A stretch of DNA of 64,000 nt from Eledone cirrhosa (taxonomy: Eukaryota): positions 274,784,001 through 274,848,000 of the forward strand of contig OZ024740.1 of NCBI GenBank assembly GCA_964016885.1, given 5' to 3'. Made by a program: the position numbers and the translations under genes. Positions 12,160-25,595 of the stretch are shown piece after piece. Position 1 is the first letter of the stretch, and the number at the start of each line of letters is the position of its first letter. The notes beneath the pieces are model-generated. The model was given only the letters and a program-made list of their open reading frames with translations. It searched no databases and was not told the origin of the DNA.

Positions 12160-13320
12160 CGAGGGTGGGCTGAAACATTCATAGGCTGACTATGAAAGAA
12201 TAATGCTAAAGTTGTGAAATCTTGCTTACATTAATTTCAATTCTTCTTATCAATAAATGCATTGCTTTTCCCCAAGTAAACAGATATTTGACTGTTCAAC
12301 ATTTAGCATCGTAGTATCTGCAGAGAAAGGGTTTATCCCCTAAGGACATTATCCCCTAATCAACAGTACAAAAGTGGACAACTGAATTTAGGAGGAGAAG
12401 GAAGTGTCTTTAAGATGACCCAACTGCCACCACCAAGGAAACCATTGATCGGGTTCACCATATGGTGATAGATGACAGACGAATGACTATAAATGAAATA
12501 GTCAATGCTATTAGCATATCCCGTGAGAGAGCTGAGAATATTCTATTCCATGAACTTGGCATGAAAGTTTCTACTGAGTGAGGGCCACGTCTTCTGACAC
12601 ATAATCAAATGCGCACCAGGCTGATCATAACACAGGAAAATCTGACAATATTTGATGCAAATCCAGTTGGTCTCTTTCAACGTTTCCTAACCCAGGATGA
12701 GTGATGGGTTCGTCACTTTGAGCCAGAGACGAGAAGACGATCAATGCACTGGAAACACTCCTCTTTACCTGCTTCAAAGAAGGCCAAGTTCGTTTCATCT
12801 GCAGGGAAAGTGAGGGCCTAATTTTTTTTTTTTTTTTTTTTTGCGGGGGATGCAAAAGATGCCTGTACTTGAATCTTTTATAATTGAGGAAAGAATTTGC
12901 ACGGGGCCAATCCCACTCTCTGAACATCGAATGCTTGCCCCAAAAGAACTGGTTTATATCATTGGATGCAAACAGTCACGGGTTTTATATCAGAGAGACG
13001 TTCATTGACTATCTTCAAGAGGGTTATATCAACAGAGAGTGCTATGCTAACTTGCTGAAGGAGTTACGAAAAGCTATCAAGACCAAATGCCCAGGAAAAC
13101 TGACGAAAGGGGCATTTTTTCATCAGAACAATGCTCCAGCACACGTCCGGTGTTGATGACTTTTTTTTACCAACAGCTTCTTTACAAATGGGATCCAAGC
13201 ATTGCAACACTGTCAGATGTGGGTGGACTGCAATGGGGCTATTTTGAAAAATAAACCTCATTTGGTCACATTCCATGAGAGTATCTTGGTCAGCCTATGA
13301 GTATTTCAGTCAACCCTCGT
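12160..13320 (+). mobile_element. Decayed mariner transposon
   Basis: TIRs cgagggtgggctgaaacattcataggctgac / gtcagcctatgagtatttcagtcaaccctcg; remnants FLTQDE*WV.HFEPET, IDYL..G..IN...Y, FHQNNAPAH. Confidence 0.9.
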
Positions 13321-13970
13321 AGTTTAAAATATGTAAGATGCCTATATAACAAGCAACATATTTTTTAGGAAACTACGTTAGTGAAACGAGGAAAATATAT
13401 AAATTAATTTTACGAAACCTCTTTTGGTGAACAAGATTATGTCACTATTCAGTTTTGAATATCTTTCAGATATATTGTTATTCTTGCTTGTCTTTTGTTA
13501 TTGTTTAGCTCCTATTTATCAAAGGTACTTCAGGCATATCTTCCGTCTTTTTAGAGAAATCTAAGATCATATTATCTTTTGTGTCAAATGATGTAGTTAA
13601 TGTGGGATCAAAGGGAACCATCACCATCCTCCACCATTTTCAAAAGCGGTGCCTTTTCAAGAAGATTTTAACTCATTTGTTTACTTATGAAATAAATGTC
13701 GAATCTCGTTATTTTTTTTTTTTTTTTTAGTGTACTTTTATATCTCGCCATGGCCTTGAAAGAATTTCCTGGACTCCTTACTTTATTCAGCCAGCCTCCC
13801 GGACTTTTAACCTATCTGTTCCATCTCCTGTGATGTGTTGGTGGCTGCTGGCATTTGAAGGACCAAAGCAAACTGTGATGTTCTAACCTCCTCTTTGAGG
13901 ATGAAAAATCCCATGGAATTTTATCTTTCTCCCAGCATAAATCCCAACTTCAGTAATTGTAAGTTTCACA

Positions 13971-14235
13971 TCAAATGACACAAAAGGAAAGAAAGAATAG
14001 GGAAATATAGAAAAAAGAAAAGAGAGAAAGAAAGAAGAAAAAGAACGGGAAGGGGAGGGGATTGCAAGAGCTCTGGTTTCGCAGAAGCGAGAGGATGGGT
14101 ACAGGGGGAGGGTGATTAGGCTTTGAGCCTAGGGCAAGATGGCAGAAGTGCTGCACCCCACTGTCAAAACGGCGAAAGCATTCCTCTGGACGATGGCCAG
14201 TGACACCCACTACAACCACCCAACCTCACGAGGAA
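13971..14235 (-). mobile_element. 3' end of a CRE-like (RLE-bearing) non-LTR element, older copy
   Basis: Nucleotide similarity to 16880-17110 (agagctctggt..cgcagaag..cctagggcaaga..gctgcaccca). Confidence 0.7.
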
Positions 14236-14329
14236 ATGACACTATTACTGAAACACAAAATTAATGAATGTAGAATACATTAATGTATATCATAATTAAT
14301 GAAATAGTATGTCTAATTTAAGAGAAAGG

Positions 14330-15100
14330 AGCGTGCATTTACGCGATTTCTGTTTTATTAGGCGGTGTATATCATATCTATTAAGATTGCCAAGAAAATC
14401 TATCACCTTTTCTTTCCTGATAAGTAATGCCATGAAAGAAAACATCAACTAAATGTATGGTGGGATAAAAAAAAGTTATACTACTAAATAGCTCAATGAG
14501 AGTAGTAAAAATACTCAATACTTATGAATTCTTAGATATCCTTACATTATGGAGTAAGGTGCTAGACAAGGTTTTTAATTTATCCTCATATTTTCTGAAG
14601 CATTGTATGATTTAATAAGGGCTTCTCGGTTCTTTGAAAAGTAAAAATAAAAAATATGAAAATTTTGCGGAATGAATATAAATCTCAATTCGAATAGATT
14701 GAAAATGAAGCAGCTGATTCTACTCGAGAATTAAAACGGAATACAAGCCACACAGAATACATAAAAAGCAAAGATTCCATGAGTGGATTTACAGAAAATT
14801 CATGGATAAAGTCTGTTTAGATTCTATTATAAATGACACAGGTAAAAGAATTAAGCATTTTAAAAATAAGGCTTTTAAATGTAATGTTTTAGATCCAAAG
14901 AATTTTGACTCTAATGATGCGAACAAATCAGAATTTTTACTCAGGCCTCATCAACAGTCAAACTGGAATTATACAATTGTCTCTCTCATTCAAAGACATA
15001 TACAAAGAATTTTTTTTTCTCAAATTATTTCACTAGCCGTGTATGAAATTAGAATATAAAGAGGTACAAAAAAAAAGTATGATTCACTATTTACAAAAAA
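14330..15100 (+). mobile_element. Possible decayed hAT-like transposase remnant
   Basis: Fragment KVCLDSIINDTGKRIKHF...LDPKNF resembles hAT transposase segments; many disruptions. Confidence 0.3.
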
Positions 15101-15179
15101 AGAGAATAAAACAATTCTTAGCAATTGAATGAAGTGATTCTATATTGAGAATGCGCTAACCAGACTAGTAAGGCCACCG

Positions 15180-16760
15180 AGAAGGATTATAATGAAAACT
15201 ATCATCCTTTTCGTGACGGTCTGTAAAAAGACCACTTTATGCAAAGTCGTCTGTATTTTATTCACAAATTTTGAAATATTTTTTAATGTTACTAAAATGG
15301 TTGGTTTTTACCACAAGGAGGTTTGTTGACAGCAACAACCTTTTGTTAATTTTCTTTACATCTTTTAAGTCTGAAAGTGTTGCATCTTTGCACACAAAAT
15401 TATTCCAAACAATTGACCCACGATAGTGGTAGCTGGATTTATTAAATTTTGTTATGTCATAACTATTATATTTAAATGTTACCCTAGAATACTTCATCGG
15501 ATATTTGTGAACATTCTTTATAAATTTTTGTTGAACACATTTTTTGGAGAGTTGTGATAAACTTTGAACATTAGCCTCAAGTGAGCAACAAATTGTATTC
15601 CATAAATATTTAGTATTTTATTATCAAACATTAAAGCCGAGAATGGGATCTTTTGATATAATCCTGACAGAACGTCTTTGTACAGTATGAAGTTTACTTA
15701 ATTTCGTCTTCTTGACTCTACCCCAAACAAGGTTACCGTATACCAAATATGGATTAACAAAAGAAAAATATAACTTGTTCATCGCTTTGTAATCCAAAGA
15801 CTTACGACTTCTACAGATTATTCCAATTTGTGTCGATAGTTAGCATTCTATTTCTTGAATGTACTGGGTGGTCTGAAAGTCTTGTCACCTCCTACCAAAA
15901 AGTAATAATAAACAGTTTATGTTCCTATCGCAGTATCGTCCTCTTCGGAAGAGCTGGTTTGCCGAATCTTGCAGTGAAATCATGTCGCACATCCTCCATG
16001 CTCTTGCAAGAATGCACACGATCATGTGTCCATACACTTGCAAGCAGCCTCTCTTCCAAACTGTAAGAGTTCTGAAATAGAAAATTATATTATTAATATA
16101 TATTATAATTAATGATATTATATATTATATTATAAAAACAAAAAATAATAAAAGTTAAAATAATGTGACAAGCGGTGACAAGACTTTCGGACCACCCTGT
16201 ACAATTTCCAATTCAAAATTTCATCAATAAGGAACCTTTGTATATCTGAAACGTTTGACTTTTATTTTATTTTTTTAGCCAAAATGAAATTTTGGTGGCT
16301 GTAAAGTCAGATCGTCTCCATTAGCTGATGGACAGAATAAAGTGTACTTAGTTTTATCTACCTTCAGAGAAAGCTTATTTGCTGAATACCAGTCATTTAT
16401 GAGTGACAATTGGTTGTTCATTTCTTTGAATAATGTGTAGTAGTCTTTACCAGCTAAGAAAATATTCGGATCATCGGCAAACATGATAAAGTTTAAAAGT
16501 GTAACTGCATGGTGCATATCATTTACAATTATAAAAAAAAAGGAGGGGACCTAATATAGAACCTTGGCGAACACCGTTAGATATTGGTTTGTACTCGGAT
16601 TCAGTGTCATCAGTTGCACAAACTGGTATCTATTGCCTAAGTAACTTTCGAAACATAATAGTTCTTCCTCAGTAACTCCCTAATTTTCAAGTTTTATTAG
16701 AAGCATTCTATGATCAACAGTGTCAAAAGATTTATTGAGATCGATGAAAACCCTATTGTA
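15180..16760 (-). mobile_element. Decayed CR1/L2-like LINE RT region, interrupted by a MITE
   Basis: FIDLNKSFDTVDH..LL.KLE, GVRQGSILGPLLF, MFADDPNIF...WYSANKLSL..DKTKY. Confidence 0.85.
15863..16201. mobile_element. Tc1/mariner-type MITE
   Basis: TIRs tac(t/a)gggtggtc(t/c)gaaagtcttgtcacc at both ends, with TA flanks. Confidence 0.85.
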
Positions 16761-16879
16761 CTATTGTAATTCAGGGGAATTTAGTACATCACCTCAACAA
16801 ACTATATTGTAAAACAAATCAATAGATGAGTACATAAGTAAATTAATAAATATAGGATGTTGTAGCGGAAAAAATTAAA

Positions 16880-17230
16880 ACAAAAAGGGAAACAAAAGAA
16901 AAGAAAGAATAGGGAAATAATTTAAAAAAAGAGAAAGAAAGAAAAAGAAGGAGAGGGTTGGCTAGAGCTCTGGTGTCGCAGAAGAGAGGGGAGAGGTGAT
17001 TGGACCTAGGGCAAGAGGGCAGAATTGCTGCACCCAGTGGACAAGACGGCAAAAGCATTTCCCCGGACGATGACCAGTGACACCTGCTGCAACAACCCCC
17101 CAACCTCGTGGGGCTCCCTCCTCAGACGGACCACCGACGCTCCGATCTTGCGGAGAAGCTCGGCAGTACGGGGTCCAAGTACGCCTGAGGTCTCGACGGC
17201 GACCGGTGCGAAGAGGAAGCGACCGGACAA
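16880..17230 (-). mobile_element. CRE-like non-LTR retrotransposon 3' end (restriction-like endonuclease C-terminus)
   Basis: FAPVAVETSGVLGP..AELLRKIG......LLQQVSLVIVRGNA, the typical CRE-clade C-terminal motif. Confidence 0.75.
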
Positions 17231-17654
17231 ACCCCGGTATTTGTTTATTTTACGTTCACATTACTTCGTTGGGTTTCCATTTTATATTTAGAATTAAAAT
17301 AATTAAATACTATACATGTTTCATTATATTTTGAGATTTATGAGCTTCTTTTATGAGCTTCGTTTTGGTTTGCATTGATTTCAAATACAAAATAACAATT
17401 ATAAACTTCATTTAAAACTGTATCTTGTCAATTGATTTAAAACATAAAATAAAAAGGCATAATAAATTAAACATTATTTAGAATGAATTGTGCGCCATTT
17501 TATGTAACCGTTTCCCTTAACTATAGAACCTGGATACGCCTGTGCTTACATCGTTTCGTTATTACGATGGTAACGAGTGTGATTTGACGGTGATTTGGCT
17601 GTCTTTTCTTAATACATCGTTTAACGAACAGTAAAGGGTCTGCCTCTGGGTCCC

Positions 17655-17910
17655 CAGTCAGACCGGTGCTTATCTCGGTTTCGTGGCGTAAAGTGACTGA
17701 GAGTACAAGAAGCCCCCATGGAGACGACGCAAGTCTATCGCAGAGTTAAACCACCAATTATTGTATACTGGAAGCAGGGTTAAACCACCCAGCTGAGTAT
17801 ACTGGAGCGACGTGAAATGAAGTGTTTTGCTCAAGCACACAACCCAGTCCAGCAATCGAACCTACAACATTATGATCATAAGTATACCCTTACCACAAGG
17901 CCGCACGCCT
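17655..17910 (-). mobile_element. tRNA-derived SINE (CORE-like; same subfamily as 28379-28640)
   Basis: Reverse complement: gaggcgtgcggccttgtggtaaggg...ggttcgatt...cttgagcaaaacacttcatttcac. Confidence 0.75.
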
Positions 17911-18358
17911 CTAATAGTTATAGTGTGTATTAGAAAAAATATAGAGAAAATCATTCGCTCTTAGAAGTGAAAGTATGAGAAAAATATATAAGAACAGAAA
18001 TAAAACAATGTAAGTTATAAAATAAAATAAACCAGGAGAGAATCGGCATGCAAGATTCTCAACTGGAAACTGGCTTTCAGAGAAACAAAGAATGTATATG
18101 TGTGAGTTTGTATGCGTGCGCACGCATGGCTGTGGCAGTTGTGTATGTATATGTTGATGAAGGAAGTTTTTAAGTATACTTTTGAAATAGCCAAAAGTAA
18201 ATTATATTACGTATATAGAAGTATACATGTAATATAAAGCAAGAAGGAAATATATCTGCTGAATGGTATGGAGAATTATAATATATATATATATATAAAG
18301 TAATAATAATAAATGTGAAGACTATATATATGTGTGTGTGTGTATTTATGGGAGTATT

Positions 18359-18397
<39 letters not shown>

Positions 18398-18612
18398 GAT
18401 AACAAGTTATCGTTATAAGTAATCGAGTTAGAGGTTGTGAGTACTCTGCGTCGTGGATAGTTTTAACGTACGGCTTTGTTTGACTCAACAAGATGCTTCC
18501 ATAGTTATGCAGCGAGTTCGCGGTAATTTCTATGCAGGTTATACTTGGAGTAATAATAGTTAAAGAATGAAGAGTAACATTTGTTGGCTGTACAATAAGG
18601 GCTTTATTTAAA

Positions 18613-18724
18613 GTACTGACAATTGTTTCGTTGATCAGGTGAGTCTAGAGTTCGCTAATCGCCTGAGGTTGCGTCATTCGATCTCCAATACAATATTTAC
18701 CTCTGGTCAACACATCAGAATACG
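18613..18724 (-). ncRNA. Degenerate hammerhead (core CTGATGT, long stem II insertion)
   Basis: Reverse complement: gtatt-CTGATGT-gttgaccag...ctgatcaac-GAAA-caattg-TC-agtac. Confidence 0.7.
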
Positions 18725-19932
18725 TAGATATGAAAGTAATTCACTCGAGGCAAGACTTATATAGAAAAATAGCGTATAATCAAAATAATTAAATTAATTA
18801 TATCATATACAGTAATGGATATTTGGCACTTGGTATGTAGAGACATTTAATGTAATGTGTGATAATAAACTATATGTGCATTTATAATTGTATAATTAAA
18901 TGCTTAAATTACACAACATAATAATAATAAAGTATATATACATTTATAATTAAATATAAAATGTAATATTATTGTATATTAGGGATTATATAATTGCACA
19001 TATAGCATATCTATTATGACATATTAACAGCTGTATAACATATACTTCATAACATATACCTAGCTTCATAACATATACCTTGTCCAGTAATGAATAGATA
19101 ACAAACTAAAGAGACCTTTAATGTATGATAGTAGAATACAATGTATTTAAAATCACGCATAAATATACAGGATATGTAACAGAGATCCAATGGTATCACA
19201 TTATATTGTGTATTAGAACAAAGAATTTTAATAACCGAATTCAACTTAATTAGCTAGTTACCTCCCCTTACGCATTGGCTCCCCTTATTCACTTCCGGGA
19301 ATTAACGATTGAAAATTTAACGGTTGATCAAATAAAGTCTATGAATATGAATTCATTAAGACTAATTTACAATCCATTGCTCTAACTAACTTAAAACACT
19401 CAATATAAACATTAACTAAAACTTAATTCAACTTATGTCATGGAAAAGTCTGCAAAAACTGTATGTTTCTCAACACACATTAATTCGAACACCATCAACA
19501 TTCAACACCCACCATAGACACTAATACATTAACATATTTGCTTAAAGTGCAGTATTTATTCATCTATATATGCATAATAGCTTTGCTTGTCTCCTTCTCA
19601 TGTATATGACTTACGCAGTCGCACTATCCACACGCCTGCATATGAATTGTTATTGCACTCTTCCTTTCTCAAAACTACTTCCTCAATGCATCTTTAATAT
19701 TTGGACTATCCCTTTGTTTTTAATTGTTGCATGTATTCCATTCCGTGCTTTTTATTTTGATTTTAATTTAATTTGAATTTGAACTTGAATGTTTGTACAA
19801 TTATTGTACAATTCTTGTAAAATATATGTCACATCCATTCCACCCTGTAAATACAAAACTGTTGCTCCCAACATCAACTTATATGTATTATTGTTCAGTT
19901 GAAATGGGAGTTAATTATGTCCAAACATTGAT

Positions 19933-19984
19933 AATGCTTCGATGATTCCAAACGAGAGTTTGGAAGAAACGATTGTCAGCTATT
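19933..19984 (+). ncRNA. Hammerhead-like motif (core TCGATGA)
   Basis: aatgct-TCGATGA-ttccaaac gaga gtttggaa-GAAA-cgattg-TC-agctatt, just upstream of a TA tract. Confidence 0.7.
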
Positions 19985-20024
19985 AAATGATTTGAACACA
20001 ACTTTGATAATTGTATAATTTATT

Positions 20025-20456
<432 letters not shown>

Positions 20457-20529
20457 TATATGTATACATGTGTGTGAGTGTGTGTGTATTTATATATATA
20501 TATATTCTACATGCCCATAAATGGACTGT

Positions 20530-20625
20530 ACCCCTTGATAAGTTCAGCTAGATTCCCGCCGTTCTAATACTGGTGGCTTAGTTCGGATCTAGCTGTCGAA
20601 ACGGCCAGAGCTCAGCCGTTGGGGT
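20530..20625 (+). ncRNA. Degenerate complete hammerhead of family I
   Basis: acccc-TTGATAA-..cagctagat...atctagctg..-GAAA-cggc..gccg-TT-ggggt. Confidence 0.6.
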
Positions 20626-20638
20626 CCGGAATCTTTTC

Positions 20639-20678
<40 letters not shown>

Positions 20679-20894
20679 ACATACATACATAGTTAAAGAA
20701 ATAACAATACAAACACTGAGATACAAAAACAGTCTTATTAATATCACGCTTAGGAGGAAATACAGATACTGCATATACATATATATTTATATAGAGCATG
20801 AAAGAGGGGAGATGGATATATAGATATTTGTGTGTTTGTTCCCTTAGTACTGACATCCGCAAGAGTGAGTACTTAATTATATAGTAGAGATTAC

Positions 20895-20998
20895 TATATT
20901 CTTTATTAAGGTTAAACTTGTGTCTTGTTAGTCTGGCGTTTCTCCTTTGCACACTTCAAATATAAGAAAACTCAATCTTGGCCTTAATAAAGAATATA
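20895..20998. mobile_element. Small element with 17-bp terminal inverted repeats (MITE-like)
   Basis: tatattctttattaagg ... ccttaataaagaatata. Confidence 0.5.
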
Positions 20999-21026
20999 TG
21001 ATATGAATATATAATATGAATATTAT

Positions 21027-21204
21027 TTGGCAGTATCGGTAGAGGGTCGGACGCCATGCTTTCCAGCATAGTTACGTCCCTTTACGATCTGAGTTCAAAT
21101 CCCGCCGAGGTTGACTTTGCCTTTCATCCTTACGGGGTCGATAAAATAAAGTACCAGTAATGCACTGGATAATTGCTGGCCTTGAGCCTAAAGTAGAAAC
21201 AATT
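21027..21204 (+). mobile_element. SINE family 2 (MetaSINE-like), near full length
   Basis: A-box-like tggcagtatcgg, B-box gttcaaatcc, core gcctttcatcc..ggggtcgataaaataaagtacc. Confidence 0.85.
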
Positions 21205-21249
21205 ATATATAGCAAACATCACACACGTGATACTCTGTGACATCCACAT

Positions 21250-21830
21250 CTCCATTTCCATTAAAAGATGACCGACCCCTACCTTCCGACATACGACTTA
21301 CTGATGGTATTGACCTCTGTTAGGAAACAGTGAAGCAAATTTCCAGAAGTTCGCCACCAGATTGGAAAGAGTATCAGGAATACACGGAATGGGGATCAGC
21401 TCAGAGAAAATAGCAAAATTCTCGTGAATAGTCCTAACCAGAATATCGCAACAACCAGCATCATGCTAAACGGGGTGGAAGTTGAAGAAGTGGACACCAT
21501 CAAGTTCCTAGGATCCACTTGGAGCACGGAAAACAGCTCAGTAAAAGATATAAAAGGAAGGCTTAGAGTGGCTTCATCTACCGTGACCGAACTGAACACT
21601 GTATAGAAAAACAACTCAGTCAATTTTCCAGCGAGGCTAAAATTGTACAAGTCCCTAGTGACTTCAATCCTTTTGATGATTTTGAGATCCAGACTCTTAC
21701 AGCTTCTAAGGAAGAATCCAGGAGTTAAAATATGAGGGCTTCGGAAGGCTGCTACACATTCCGTATGCAGAATACAGTACGAACAACCTTTTCAGCAACA
21801 GGTCAACAAATACGCTGACAAGCTGTAACC
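21250..21830 (+). mobile_element. Decayed RTE-like LINE RT fragment
   Basis: IMLNGVEVEEVDTIKFLGS...DIKGRL..A...KLYKSLV.SIL. Confidence 0.7.
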
Positions 21831-21863
21831 AACAGAATGAATTATTTCATTATTGTTGCATTT

Positions 21864-21906
21864 AATATAACCGGTTTCGATTGGTATAACAATCTCATCA
21901 AACATT
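21864..21906 (-). ncRNA. Minimal hammerhead (core TTGATGA)
   Basis: Reverse complement: aatgt-TTGATGA-gattg ttatac caatc-GAAA-ccgg-TT-atatt. Confidence 0.75.
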
Positions 21907-22076
21907 GAATATTAAAAAAAGTATTTTTATATATTTGTGAGCAGTTTGAATATATATAAATATTCAGTAAAATGTCTTATATGTATGAGGAAGGACATAG
22001 CTGGTGATACAACATACATAGCTAGAAAAGCATATAATATCGAATGTATAGAAGTAAACGTACGCAAACATGTATA

Positions 22077-22370
22077 TCCGGTCCGAACACAGGGAGCCAA
22101 ACTCCCAGTGTCATCGCCTCCATCCCTCCCGCCTTCCCCATCTCTCACTATTATGAACAAAAGGGGTCCCACGAGCTGGCCGCCCCACGGCCACGATGGA
22201 AAGAATAGAGAAGGCGTTTCCGTGGAGGGTGGTGAGGGAGATACGTTGGAAGAGCCATTCCATCTCGTAAGGTTCACATCTGCGGCTAGTTAGCTCAGCG
22301 CCTATGGTGGTGAGTAGGGAGGTAGCTCAAGGGCCAAGGAGACCAGAAGTCTCCACCACTCCTAGCGATA
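22077..22370. repeat. Unclassified GC-rich interspersed repeat (second copy at 42275-42415)
   Basis: ggtccgaacacag...tgtcat.gcctccatc...cactattatga.caaa..gggg..cca is shared. Confidence 0.6.
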
Positions 22371-22639
22371 GTAAATGAATGGAAGCTTGCTTGGTATGGT
22401 CATATATCCTGTCTGATACGATGTGTATAAAACCATTCTTCACCGCATTGTTGGGGAGAGGTCAAAGAAGTGGCAAAGAAAGAAAGTATTGGTCCGTCCA
22501 CATCAAAGATTGAACAGAACACAACAACGTCACCCTTCTTCACATGGAGTATGAGAGTAGCCAGTGACCTAGAATGGCAACCCAATGACGGGCATCACAA
22601 GTACCTGGAATATGATTTATTCATACACATATATACATA

Positions 22640-22750
22640 TACAGAGTGTCCCCAAAAATATATAAAGACTTCAACAGCATTCTAATAAATATTGCCTGTA
22701 CAGGTAATCAAAGTGTGTGTATATATATATTTTTTTAGGAACACCCTGTA
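22640..22750. mobile_element. Tc1/mariner-type mini-MITE
   Basis: tacagagtgtccccaaaaa ... tttttaggaacaccctgta. Confidence 0.6.
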
Positions 22751-22987
22751 TATGCGTGTTTGTGCGTGGCTATAACTTTACTTTGATAGGTTTCGGCCAG
22801 TATTGGCCCAGACCATGTCTAACTTATATATATATTATAAAGTGAAATGACAGAAGGCCAAATATGTTGAATTTCTTTATTTTTTTATTCCTGCAAGAAC
22901 TATACACAATTCAGTGGCTTGGTTGCATAAGAATCCGGTGACCTTACAAATAGGTATATGTATGTATGTGTGTGTATATATATATAA

Positions 22988-23102
22988 TCTCTGATGATAT
23001 GGGATCGATTGTGCATTGGATATCGAATGCTCTACTAAATATATAATATTATAGATGTAGCGAGATCTAGGCAAATTGATGTCTATTGAAACGTACGTAA
23101 GA
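22988..23102 (+). ncRNA. Type I hammerhead ribozyme
   Basis: tct-CTGATGA-..atcgatt...aattgat..-GAAA-cgtacg-TA-aga, between TA tracts. Confidence 0.75.
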
Positions 23103-23146
23103 ACCGAATAAATCTCTTTTACTGCATCTTTCTGTTCTTTTTAATT

Positions 23147-23181
<35 letters not shown>

Positions 23182-24559
23182 GTTACATAACTTTATGCCT
23201 GCTCCTGTACATATTCGTTTATGCATCCATCTTTATGTCATTTTCCCGCATGTAGCATATGGAATTTTTAGTTTATGCGTAACTGAAATTTTGCGTGTGT
23301 ATGTGTATCTGAGAGTGGGTGAGAGAGAAAGAGAGAGGGAGAGAGAGGGTGGGTGGAAATAAGAGAATCTATACATATTTGTACGCAGGATAATGAAAGT
23401 TAAACTAACTGAACGTTTTAAAATTTAATGTGTGTATGTGTGAGGAATACACGTGTGTGTATGTATAAGTATATATGTCTTCATTTGAGAAGTGACTTGT
23501 AAGTGTGAATTTTTTTTAATGTATATACATACATACGCATGAATTTCTACATATCTTTGCACACATTGTTATATGCATATAAACAGGAAAATAAATGAAA
23601 GCATGTGTACTTACGCGTATGCATGTATGTATATATGTAAAATGTCTTGCACTCAGGGCTGGATTTAGACCTTTGGGAGCCCGTGACACTTCAGGTTTGG
23701 GGGATCGGGGGGAGCTCATACACAGAAAATTAGAATACACAGCAAACCCCCAATATTACATATCAAAGTTAGCTTAGTGCAAGTAATTGGAAGTGAAAAG
23801 TATACATACATGTATTAAATTTAACATTTCTAACCATCCTAAAACTTAAAAGCCTAGCTGACGACACAAATAAATTGCTACGACGTTGCTGGTACCCACC
23901 CCTTCCCCACACACACATTAACGGAGGGGGGGAGGCATTGATCTCCTCCATTACATCTGACCCTGAATCCATTGGGTGCATGTTATGATGACACTAACAT
24001 TAAGTAGACTACCATGTCTTTGACACAGCTGAAGAGTCCTCCTGGCCTATTGTTTGGCAGCTTCCTTACTGCTGGATGCCCTTCCTATTCCCAACCACTT
24101 TGCAGTTTTCTAGGTGCGTTTATTGTGTAGATCTCAACCGGGGCTAGTGCTTCCTATTAGTAATCACCTTTAAAGGGTGTGCAAGATTGATTCTTTTGAG
24201 ACTTCAGCCTGAAGATGTGTTGGTGATGGTTAAATAGTGTTCTGTGTATAATCTAAAGATGAGACTTTTATTAGAGTTGCACATTTCAATGTCTCGTATT
24301 CTAATGATTCATATGTTGGTATCCATGTCCAATCAAACATTAAAGACCCACATGTGAAGGAGTTTATCACTAAATGGGGCTGTTGGATGGAATATATCAC
24401 AACTTCAAAAAGCCAACATTTTCACTGACTACAGTATTTTAATCCTGCCTGAGAATTATATTAAGGCTGTACGTCTGTATCTTACTCAGTGAATTACATA
24501 CTAATGCAATGAGTATGTATGTATGTGTATATGGTTCCATAACTCCTGATTGAGTCATA

Positions 24560-24822
24560 GGGTTGCCACATTGACATACGGTGTTCCTTTCGCATTTTAA
24601 GCCTGGCGGAGCCGATCCCTCTCCAGGCCTGAATACACCAGATTTCTTCCAGAGAGAGGAAAAATCGACCCCAGTACTAGATTGGTACGTTTTCATCAAC
24701 CTCAAAAAGATGAAAGGTAAAGTTGACCTCGGTGGGATTTGAACTCAGAGAGCAGAGAGCCGGAACGAATACCATAAAGCATTCTATCCGACGTTCGAAC
24801 AGCTCTGCCAAATCGCTGCCTA
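24560..24822 (-). mobile_element. SINE family 2-related copy
   Basis: gatgaaaggtaaagttgacctcggtgggatttgaactcag. Confidence 0.7.
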
Positions 24823-24913
24823 TGAGTAGGTAGTTCAGTTAATCAAACCACTGGAAACTGCAATACTTATTATTGACACAACCAATGCAAGATACATTTA
24901 CTTTTTTTAAAAG

Positions 24914-25008
<95 letters not shown>

Positions 25009-25012
<4 letters not shown>

Positions 25013-25144
25013 GTAAAATAAGAAAATTATAAAATTAACTTACTTACTAAAATATCACTTCCAACTAATAGTTGGAATATATATTAGTTGGAAGTGATAT
25101 TTTAGTAAGTAAGTTAATTTTATAATTTTCTTATTTTACGTCTC
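25009..25144. repeat. Palindromic fold-back of the tail of the 5118 family
   Basis: agacgtaaaataagaaaattat... and its reverse complement; centre ccaactaatagttgg matches that family's HHR stem III. Confidence 0.8.
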
Positions 25145-25261
25145 TCATATTATTGTTCTGCAGCCCCATGCATTGAACCACAATGTTATTAAGACAAAAC
25201 CTATATATTTGCTAGCATCGATATGCATCTGTATGTATATATATGTTACTAGATATGAATT

Positions 25262-25322
<61 letters not shown>

Positions 25323-25325
<3 letters not shown>

Positions 25326-25523
25326 CACAAGGAATTGTGGTAAGGAACCAGATGGACCATAATGCACCAGAGTACTCAATACTTAGGGTAGTAGAATGGG
25401 TAATAGGAAAAGGTATGACCCCGACGGCAAAGCTCAAGCCGTTTCGACGGCTATTTCTGGACTAAATTGTCCAGAAATAACCGTCGAAACGGCTTGAGCT
25501 CTGTCGTTGGGGTCATACATTTT

Positions 25524-25526
<3 letters not shown>
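25323..25526 (-). mobile_element. Family I tail with fold-back
   Basis: Same architecture as 3573-3779. Confidence 0.85.
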
Positions 25527-25587
<61 letters not shown>

Positions 25588-25595
25588 ATATATAT

